Shown in pieces: positions 32,739 through 42,697 of a stretch of DNA of 64,000 bases. Source of the DNA: Paraspadella gotoi (taxonomy: Eukaryota > Animalia > Chaetognatha); contig CM119267.1 in the NCBI GenBank assembly GCA_051294375.1, forward strand, positions 5,566,750 to 5,630,749. Direction: 5' to 3'. Within the stretch, counting starts at the first letter, position 1. Each line of letters begins with the position of its first letter. The translations under genes were made by a program, and so were the position numbers. The notes under the pieces are model-generated. The model ran no database searches. It saw only the letters and a program-made list of their open reading frames with translations, and had not been told where the DNA came from.

Positions 32739-32789
<51 letters not shown>

Positions 32790-33144
32790 CTAGGAGCATC
32801 TACCGCTCGTCTCTCGTCTCTCTCAATTCGACCTTTGCTTTATAGAAGGAAGAGAATTAAGAATTATTTGTAATCAATTTATTTTTTATTATATTTTATC
32901 TGCGGGTGATAAGAGAGGAAAGAGAGAGAGAGAGAGAGAGAGCGGAATTAATTGAAAAAAAGAGGGAAACTCAATTTACTTTTTTTCCCTTTTATTATTA
33001 TTCTATGTTAACAATTATTATTTTTTTAAATTTAAATCAATCATGGTTTATTAGTTTGTAAATGTAAAAAATATTTTATTTGAGAAAATGTAAACAAATA
33101 TTGTTTTGTCAATGAAACGCGTTGGATCTTATCTGGACTTTCTC

Positions 33145-33280
33145 TCATTGGTTCCGGGGCGTAATCACGCGTCTCGCCTCGATCTAGATGTAAGACGCCA
33201 TCTTGAATCTTGTCGTCGACATGGTAGCTTGTAAATTTTATTTGACTGCACGATGGCTTAGTTAAATTGAAAGGTACGTA
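33145..33280 (+). promoter_or_regulatory. Promoter-like motif cluster (CCAAT, Ets, YY1) followed by a donor-like site
   Basis: attgg at 33147, ttccgg at 33152, cgccatctt at 33196 and aag|gtacgt at 33273/33274. Confidence 0.3.
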
Positions 33281-33372
33281 TTACTGCATAAGCAACGATC
33301 AGAGAGAGAGAGAGAGAGAGAGATATTGATATCGATATTGAAAAACAAAAGTGCGAGCTTTAGGCTAGTACT

Positions 33373-33469
<97 letters not shown>

Positions 33470-33652
33470 TCAATTCTCACTTTTCCATCATTAACAAGTA
33501 ACGATCCATCGGTGAGAGCCGAGGACAGTTGTAAACTTTTTATTCAACCGTGTACCGTGAGAGAGAAAAGAAGAGAGGGCTCTCCGGGCAGCAAGTATCC
33601 ACACCATTGATTAAAGCGTTTGATAAGTTTTAAAAATTACTATTAATATTAA

Positions 33653-33732
33653 TACAACGATTTTTATTTTGTTATTTTGCGCTGATGAAGACCTACAACT
33701 AAGTCGAAAGTTTAAAAATAAAAATAGTTGTA
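33653..33732 (+). ncRNA. Degenerate minimal hammerhead ribozyme motif enclosed by an 18-bp inverted repeat
   Basis: CTGATGA (33682-33688) A GACcTA caac TAaGTC GAAA (33706-33709) GTTTA. Arms 33653-33670 and 33715-33732 are complementary at 17/18, and the 3' arm contains AATAAA. Confidence 0.55.
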
Positions 33733-34045
33733 CATCTCGAAATGCAACGAATTGAAAGAAATAATACGATAATATTAGTTTTCAATAAAAAAATATTTTT
33801 TTTGTAATCGTCCCGTAGAGAGAAATATCTTTCGATTTGTCCAAATCATTCCGTTATGGAAAATCTAGTTCATCAATGAAAACATCGAACGAGCAAACCT
33901 GCGCCGATCGACCAAATTAATATTAATAAACGAGTTCGCATTCTCAGGCCTCAACTCTGAATTCCCATTCACCGTCAGAGACCGCGCGAAAGTCGCCAGT
34001 CTGGAATTCCGATGGAAAAAAAAGTTGAGAGCAACGAAGACGACG

Positions 34046-34080
<35 letters not shown>

Positions 34081-34777
34081 TGTCGTTGTGCACTGTTGCT
34101 GTAATGATGTAGTTACTACTGGTGTTGATGTTTGAAGTTGTGTAAATGTAAAATAATAGAACAAACACTAACATCCCTCATCCTTAAAAATATTCCCTAA
34201 ATAATTGTAATATTATTGTTATAAGATTAAAATATATGGTACTAAAACTCTTCCGTTAGAGTTAATCCTTTTTAAATACCTGTATATATACAGTTATTCT
34301 TTAAGAGGAAAGGTCATCTCAGACATAACAAGTATACGTAATCATTGATGTGTTTAGAGCTAATATATCGAGAAATCAGTTATATCATCAGTAATCACAA
34401 GAGAATTAAGTTCTTATTTAATTTGTGTTCATTCTGTTTTCAATAATTTTTTTAAAATGGGTAAAATATAACAAATTGTTAAGTTAAATGGGTAAAGCCA
34501 TCTTTTTTAAAAGATTTTGTTTTCAACTCTGGTTGTTAAAAATTCTAGGTTTAGAGTTTAAAACCGGTATGGGATGTTTAGAAGGGAGAATTAAACATTA
34601 ATTCGTTTATTTCTCTGTTGGTTTTCAGTCATGAACAAATCTTCAGTTAATAGATTGGTTAAGAGAAATTCGAGCTACAATGAAATCTTAACAACTGATT
34701 TGAAGAGTTGGCCATAAACGACTTGCAATAATATTGAATTAAAAATTTGATTAGCAATTCTTAAAAAACATTTGTAA

Positions 34778-34906
34778 AAAATGTAATAGAGAGACATTTT
34801 GATAAACGCGTTCCAGTTAGAAGAATTCAGGGTTTAAAGTTTAAAACGTTTGATTTCCAAGGATACAAGTTTGAAAAATTTAAAAATGTTCTCTCTATTA
34901 CATTTT
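34778..34906. repeat. ~130 bp foldback with 23-24 bp terminal inverted repeat (MITE-like)
   Basis: aaaatgtaatagagagacatttt (34778-34800) versus aaaatgttctctctattacatttt (34883-34906). Confidence 0.7.
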
Positions 34907-34951
34907 CTCTAATTCAGTAATAAAGAATTCATAAAAATATACAGCATGGAT

Positions 34952-34984
34952 TGGGCCTTTTCGTTTGACCTGCAACTTCTTCAG
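34952..34984 (-). ncRNA. Highly degenerate hammerhead-like core
   Basis: Minus strand: CTGAAGA A GTT gcaggtca AAC GAAA a GGCC CA. It has a 3-bp stem II and a palindromic GGCC, but no UH site and a poor stem I. Confidence 0.3.
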
Positions 34985-36149
34985 ATAGGTTTTTTTATTT
35001 TATATTATAAATGAAAACCGATATAAAATGGGGTGAATGCATCAAATGCTTAAAGTGAATACATTTTCGGAATCGACAGGAGCTCAGCTTCTGGAATTTG
35101 TACCCATTTTAGCCTATTTTGAAGTTGAAATTAAATGACCCTTTTTCTTAATGAAATTATAATTATGTTTTAATGATTATTTAATATGTATATTAAAAAG
35201 TTTATAACAAAAATGACGACCTGTTCTTAATTTTTACATTTCCGAAACGTGGCTTGCTCCATGTTGCAGCGAAAACGAAAGTCTTTTCAAAAAATTTTTT
35301 TTTTTTTTCGGCCGATTAAATTTACGTCCAACGATATTGACAAAAACGATGAGAAAAAAAAAAATCATCACAGATCGCAGTGATCGTCATTCACTGATCG
35401 CTTTCTATTCACTGGCAAATATTCAACAGCTAGTTTATTTAACCACTCCGTCTGTAATCTCTTCAAATTACAATTCGAACACGCCCATCGTTGTACAGTG
35501 GGCGAAGTTTGAAACGACAATTGCGGCTTTTTTTTAACAAAGCGGATTTGCCTCTGCCTCTTATCTTTTTTTTCCACCCTTTTTTTTTCTTTTTTTTTCC
35601 CTTTGCCTCTTTGAAACTCGTTCATTTTATCCCATTGAGCGGCATTGAGCCGATGGCGACGACGGACGATGACGACTACGCCGACGATGACGACGACGAC
35701 GGCGACGATGACGACGTCGAAGAAGAAGATGTCGCGACCGCCGAGTGTGAATATGAAGAAGACGAAGACCGTGAAATAATAACTCAATTATAAATAGTAG
35801 TTAAATATTAAAAATCCGTTAATGAAACTTAAAAAATCAACGACTAAGTTTGAAAATTTCTGACTGAGCTATGGAAGACAATCATAGAAAAGATGACAAG
35901 GAAAAAGACGAACGAAACTAGGGATGACAAAGACGATCACTTTACCGGTGACAACGAAGAGGACACTACGGACGACGATGAGAAACGAAAAACGACAAAG
36001 ACGAATTACTTACCGATGACGATGCGCGACGACGACGACGACGACGACGACCGACGACGACGACGACGAAGAGAACGTCGATCATCATAACGCTTTTAAG
36101 TACATCGAGTTCGTTTATGTTCGCNNNNNNNNNNNNNNNNNNNNNNNNN

Positions 36150-36365
36150 TATTAAATATCATAAAACATAATTATAATTTCATTAAAGTAATAACTGTAT
36201 TTACAGAAAAAAGCCTAGTACCATATATTTTAAGATTATAACAATTATATTACAATATTAGGAATATTTTAGGGGATGAGGGATGTTAGTGTTGTCTATT
36301 ATTATACATACAACTTCAACATCAACACCAGTAGTAACTACATCATTAACAGCAACAGCAGCAAC
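36150..36365 (-). repeat. Chimeric inverted copy of ~35150-35186 and ~34095-34290 after a 25-N gap
   Basis: catcaacaccagtagtaactacatcatt is the reverse complement of ~34103-34130; cataattataatttcattaa is the reverse complement of ~35148-35167. Confidence 0.8.
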
Positions 36366-36996
36366 GACAACATCCTCTACAACAGCCACGTGACGCCTAC
36401 GAGGAAAAAGAATCATCATCGTCTCGGTGCGGAAAACCCAATTAGGAATCGCGAACTCGAAAACGAGGCTCGGTGATCATCGCCACNNNNNNNNNNNNNN
36501 NNNNNNNNNNNNNNNNNNNNNNNNNNNNNNNNNNNNNNNNNNNNNNNNNNNNNNNNNNNNNNNNNNNNNNNNNNNNNNNNNNNNNNNNNNNNNNNNNNNN
36601 NNNNNNNNNNNNNNNNNNNNNNNNNNNNNNNNNNNNNNNNNNNNNNNNNNNNNNNNNNNNNNNNNNNNNNNNNNNNNNNNNNNNNNNNNNNNGAGAGAGA
36701 GAGAGAGAGATAATTCTCAAAAGCGTTCCGGGAGTTAATCAAGGACGAAAATCAATTTGCTTTCCTTCCATCATTATCTTTTCGATCGCGGCATTAATTT
36801 TTTTTTTAGCGATATTTTATTTTATTTATCGCTAATTCATTATTTCTTAGACTTTTAGATTTTTATTTTAAAGTAGAAAGAAAAAAAAAAGAAAAAAGAA
36901 AAAAAATGGCGGAAGAAGTACGTATTGTTTGTTTTTTTTTCTTTATCGACGTCACATTAACGAAGTTGGAATCGACGGTCCCCTTTTTGGAAGATC

Positions 36997-37037
<41 letters not shown>

Positions 37038-37462
37038 TCCTCTTCTCTCTTCTCTCTCTCTCTGCTCTCTATTCTCTTTCTCTCTCTCCTCGCTCTCCCT
37101 CTCCGCTCTTCCATCTCATCTGCTCTCTTCTCTCTCTCTTCTCTCTCTCCTCTCTCATCTTCTCCTCCTATCTCTTTCTCTCTCTCTTCGCGTCTCTCTC
37201 TTCTCTTCTCTCTCTCTCTCTCTTCTCTCTCTCTCTTCTACTCTCTCTTCTCTCTCTTCGCTTCGCGGTTTCTCTCTCTCTCTCTGCTTCTCTCTCTTTC
37301 TTCTCCTCTCTCTCTCTCTCTCTCGCTCCGGCTCTTCTCTCCTCTCTCTCTTCTCTCTCCTCTCCTCTGCTTCTCTCTATCTCTCTATCGTGGCCTCTCT
37401 TCTACCGCTCTCTCTCTATCGTCCTGATTCATCTACGGTTCATCATCTCTGTCTTCTCTCTC

Positions 37463-37501
<39 letters not shown>

Positions 37502-38574
37502 CACACAACACAAAACAAAGTCTCCAAACTCGAGGGCGTTCCCGTCGCCTCGCATTATCAATCAACATTGAAATTTTTGTTTCGGCGTCCGGACGCGCCG
37601 AGAGTCAAAGTGGTTGCTCCTCCTCCTCCCCTCCTCCTCCTCCTCCTTCTCATTCTTTCTTGCTCATTTCGCACCCTCCTAATTTCCCAGTCAAAAATTT
37701 TTCACTGTTCTCTGTCTGTTACTCAATTTACTCGCTAGATCTATCATAACTTACCTATTGCTTACCCTTTCTTGCCTACTTCTTCAACGTTTACTTTTCC
37801 AGCCAATTAGAAACTCGCCAGCTCTGACAGCTAAATTTCCCCGGACCATTTTCAAACATTACGAAATGAAATTGTACGACAAACAAATAAATACCGACTA
37901 TGCTGGGTTATGGCCTCCATTCCTCTTACAAGATAACAGGACCCTTTCAGTCTAGTTGACTAACTGCCGGGGTGCTTGGTTTGCCCATCAATCAAGGGAT
38001 ATGATATTGTTTTAACTGTTTGATTTGTGTGAAGAGACCAATTTTTTTAAGAATTAAGTTGGGGAATACCATATTATACTCCGCACTAGCATTAAATATA
38101 TATATTATATATGAAATTGGTACAACCAATCTAAAAATTATCCATTCATTTAATAAATAAGCTATCTTGTCCCTGACTTTGGACAGGCTTTGGTGGTTTA
38201 AGGCCTCCATCACACTTACAAGATAATAACATAGCAGGTTTCTGCAAGCTTTCAATCAAGACTCTCTCACAGTCTTATTTATTCACTCCCAGTGAACCTG
38301 GCTTCCCTATCAATGAAGTGGTATAATATTTCAAAGAATATTTCAATTATATGAAAGGACCACTCCCTTAAGTATTAGATCGGGGAATACTATATTGTAC
38401 TCCGCTCTAGCATCAAAATACAATACATATTATATTATCATTAACCTTACCCCCGCAACCTTCTCCCACCAGTAAAAGCCTTCACCCCGTCCCACACAGC
38501 CCGGCCCACACACATCCTCCACGGACGAAGCTTCGGATCGACTGAGTGGGCAGAAAAAATGATCCTCGGACGAC

Positions 38575-38648
<74 letters not shown>

Positions 38649-39521
38649 GAGAGAGTGAGGTTAGAGAGGCGGTTAGTGAAGCTCGTCGGATTGTCGCAAT
38701 GGATGAAGAGAAGAGAGCAAAGTATATTGGTAACAGTAAATGCCAATGCCGTCGACAAATACACAATGTGTATTACAAGGTGTATTACACATACAATGCC
38801 GAAATCAATCGCTCATCAATGACCAATGAGTCGCCGTTGCCTACGCCGATGCCAAGGATAATATCGATGCCAATTTCCCTGCCATTAACGATGTTAATAC
38901 CGAGGCCGAAGTGTTGGGAACCAACTAACAAACGCCGGTTCCAACGACGAAGCACGATTCGAACGTTAAATGCCTCAATACTAACGAAGGGAAAGAAAGT
39001 GAAAGGGAAATTAGGGCGAAATTCGAGCGAGGAAAACAAACAAACGGAAAGATAATCAACTACTATAAATAATAAAACTGCTGGCAATTTCTTCATCGGC
39101 ATTGGCCGATTGTACAGTCCCGGAACGCCGTCGTTGATGGAGTTAATTGATTTCGCAAAAAATAAATAAGTCCGTGCGTCGGTGTGATTGTCAACATGGC
39201 ATGGCATGTTCGGGTCTCAAAAAGTGACAAGAGCTCGGAATCGAAACTCACGACTCTCCGACAACTGGGCTGGCACTCCAAGTAACACGATTAGCCTTTT
39301 TAGTATCGAGAATCAACGACCGAATTAGAGAGTAAATCACCGTCCACAACGACAACAACAACAACGATCTTTTTTTTTCTTTTCGCTCACGGGACGAAAT
39401 CGCGGTTTTGATCAAAAACGAGTCGAGCGAAAGTTGACTCCCACTCACCGAGCGTCACGTGATCTTCACGCACGAATCACGTGAGTACGCGGGGGGGGGG
39501 TGGAGAATGGGGAAAAGGGGA

Positions 39522-39850
39522 GGCTATCTTTTCTGAAAGAGTACGATTTCAGTTTAAAGGTTTTTTTTTAGGTTTGAGATTAAGTGAGGAATTATGTGAG
39601 AGTTCTGGATATAGATTAAGGTTTGGGATTAGGGTTTAAGATTAGGAGATAAGGTTAGGGACTAAGGTTAGCGATTAGGGATTGGAGTTAGAGATAAGGG
39701 TTATAGATTAGGTTATAGATTAGGTTAGGGTAAAATATTAAGGCTAGGGTTTAGATAAAATGTTTATAAAAATATTAGGGTTAGATATTTATATTAAAAT
39801 TAAGTTTAGGGATTAGGAAAAGAAACAGGACGCTTTCGGAAAATAGTGCC
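39522..39850. mobile_element. Merlin-like MITE: GG...CC termini, 8-bp TSD, degenerate (TTAGGG)n interior; duplicate at 44787-45109
   Basis: 5' ggctatcttttctgaaagagtac and 3' ggacgctttcggaaaatagtgcc. Flanks aaagggga (39514-39521) and aaggggga (39851-39858) match 7/8. Confidence 0.7.
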
Positions 39851-40236
39851 AAGGGGGAAATGGGGGCGGAAGAGATGGAATAGGGCGGGAGGGGGGGGGG
39901 TGAAAGGTCGACCGTACGGACGAAGAGGACGAGAGTGAGAATCGCGTTAATGGATGAAAGTCACCAGCTCGAGATTCGATGCAAAGTCGTGATATATTCT
40001 GTGAATCATTGGGGGTCGAGAAAAATAATGGTGAAAGTAGTGAAAAGTGTGAAATCGGTTGTGAGAAGTCTAATAGCATAACGAGCCAACTGTATGAGGA
40101 CATATGTATGTGCATTGTGGATTTAAGTACAACTTCGAAGTAATATGATAAATATTGTGCGGGGGAAAAATTGTGATCCAAAAAGTGGAGGCAAGGGTCT
40201 GGAAATTGTGGTTGGAAAAATGGGTTGGAGTCAGCT

Positions 40237-40302
40237 GAGAAATAAGGTGGAGAAATAAGGTGGAGAAATAAGGTGGAGAAATAAGGTGGAGAAATAAGGT
40301 GG
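40237..40302 (+). repeat. 13-bp tandem repeat x5
   Basis: (gagaaataaggtg)n. Confidence 0.95.
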
Positions 40303-41197
40303 AGGTGGAAGATAGAAAGAGAATGAAGAAAGTGAAAGATGATTGAAAAATGGAAAATGAAGTATATTACTCTACATGAACAAGAAAACTTCACTCCCGC
40401 GAATGAATAATAAAAAAAAAAAAAAAAAGAAGAATGAAAGAAGAAAAAAGATGATCATTAACAATGAATATTGAATACTGAAGATCCGAGGATAATGGAG
40501 AGAATTTACCCCTACTGATGAAGAAACAAAAAGTTAATTAAAGAAATGAATAATGAAGAATAAAAAAAAAAAGGCGAAGAAGGACGAAGACGAAATCCTG
40601 ACCAAAGAAAATTCAGAGACTCGAAAAAGATAAGGTGTCAAAGGTTAACGATTCCCGGGGTAAGGGTTAAGGGAATTAGTTCTTCGCAAGTGGGAGGATC
40701 AAGGACGAGTTTGATATTTAAAAAGGCGGCGTCCGTCGCTGTCCGGCGGCGTCCGGCGCCGCCCGCCAATCGCCCGCTGTCCAGTCGTCCATCCCGATGT
40801 CCGGCAGGGCTTAAGCCCCTCTTCCTTCCCTTCTTTCTTTCCTTCCTTTTTATGGGCGGCCATTTTGTTTGTCAAAAAAAAAAAAACTCGCCTCTAACCT
40901 TGATCCCATAAAGCTGAGTTTCTTTTGCCATTTGCGAGTATATCGAGTTGTTGTTTTTTTTTTGTTTAATGTTACCGATGACGAGACTGGGTTATTACAC
41001 GTTTTGTTGTTAAATTGAAAAGGAACAAAAAATATCGTTCTGTCGATAAGGCCAAGTTGAGAATAGACTCTGTGATCAAACGAAAACAAAACATTCTGCC
41101 GCAAAACAGAGTGCAATCTCTGCTTTGGTCCTTGAATAATAAATCTCTGTTTCTCTTCTTTAATCCCGTAAACATTGAGGCAAGTTAATCGTCACGT

Positions 41198-41271
41198 AGT
41201 GAGACTCTTTCAAGCGCTCACCTATTCCCTACCTCATGTTATTATGATGAGCGCTATTCAAAGGTCTCACT
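41198..41271. other. 74-nt imperfect hairpin
   Basis: Stems AGTGAGAC/GTCTCACT, CTTT/AAAG and AGCGCTCA/TGAGCGCT close a 27-nt loop. Confidence 0.55.
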
Positions 41272-42341
41272 TATTAGAAAAACTAAAACCTTTTAGAAAG
41301 TCACATTCCTGCAATCCACTTCCCGTTTTTTAGAATTTTATTTTAAAATGAAAGAAAATCATCTGAAGAGTTACAGCCCAAATGAACAGCCTACAAAATT
41401 TTATCTNNNNNNNNNNTACCGATGACGAGACTGGGTTATTACACGTTTTGTTGTTAAATTGAAAAGGAACAAAAAATATCGTTCTGTCGATAAGGCCAAG
41501 TTGAGAATAGACTCTGTGATCAAACGAAAACAAAACATTCTGCCGCAAAACAGAGTGCAATCTCTGCTTTGGTCCTTGAATAATAAATCTCTGTTTCTCT
41601 TCTTTAATCCCGTAAACATTGAGGCAAGTTAATCGTCACGTAGTGAGACTCTTTCAAGCGCTNNNNNNNNNNNNNNNNNNNNNNNNNCCGGTGATCATTC
41701 GCCAATCAAATCGCGCATAACATTCAATTTTCGCGGGTCAATAACTTACTGGAGAGAGGAGAGAGAGAAGAAGAGAGAGAGAGAGAGAGAGAGAGACCGA
41801 GAAGAGAGAGAGCAGAGAGAGAGAAAGAGAGCAGAGAGAGAAGAGAGGTGAGGAAAGAGAGAGAGAAGGAGATAATTCTCAAAAGCGTTCCGGCGAGTTA
41901 ATCAAGGACGAAAATCAATTTGCTTTCCTTCCATCATTACTCTTTTCGATCGCCGGCATTAATTTTTTTTCTTTTAGCGAACTTATTTTATTTTATTTAT
42001 CGCCCTAATTCATATTCTTAGACTTTTAGATTTTATTTTTAGACAGCAGAAAAGAAAAAAAAACAGGAAAAAGGGGGAAAAGTACGTATTGCTTTATTTT
42101 TTTTTTTTTTTATTCATTTCGACGCCATTAACGAAGTTGGAATCGCACGGTCCCTTTTTTGGGACCTCTCTCTCTCTCCTCTCCTCTCCTCTCTCTGCTC
42201 TTCTCTCTCCCTCTCCTCTCTCTCCTCGCTTCTCTCTCTCTTCTCTCATCTCTTCTCACTCTCTCTCTCTCTTCTTTCTCTCTCTCTATCTCTCTCCTCT
42301 CGGCTCCCTCTCTCTCTCTCTCTCGCTCTCTCTCTCTCTCT

Positions 42342-42372
<31 letters not shown>

Positions 42373-42392
42373 GCCTTTTCTCTCTCTCTCTC

Positions 42393-42425
<33 letters not shown>

Positions 42426-42432
42426 ATCTATC

Positions 42433-42471
<39 letters not shown>

Positions 42472-42602
42472 ACGCTCTTCTCTCTCTCTCCCTCTCTCTC
42501 TCTCCTCTCTCTCACCTCTCTCTCTTCTCCTCTCTCTCTCTCTATCTATCTCCTCCTCTCTCTCTCTCTCTCTCTCTCCTCTCTCTCCTCTCTCTCTCTC
42601 TA

Positions 42603-42697
<95 letters not shown>

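Noticed and set aside
34361-34395. Minus-strand CTGATGA...CTCGATATAT
   Set aside because: Stem II does not pair and the core is mutated.
39600-39820. Interstitial telomere
   Set aside because: The repeats are degenerate and bounded by TIRs and a TSD, so they are better explained as a MITE interior.
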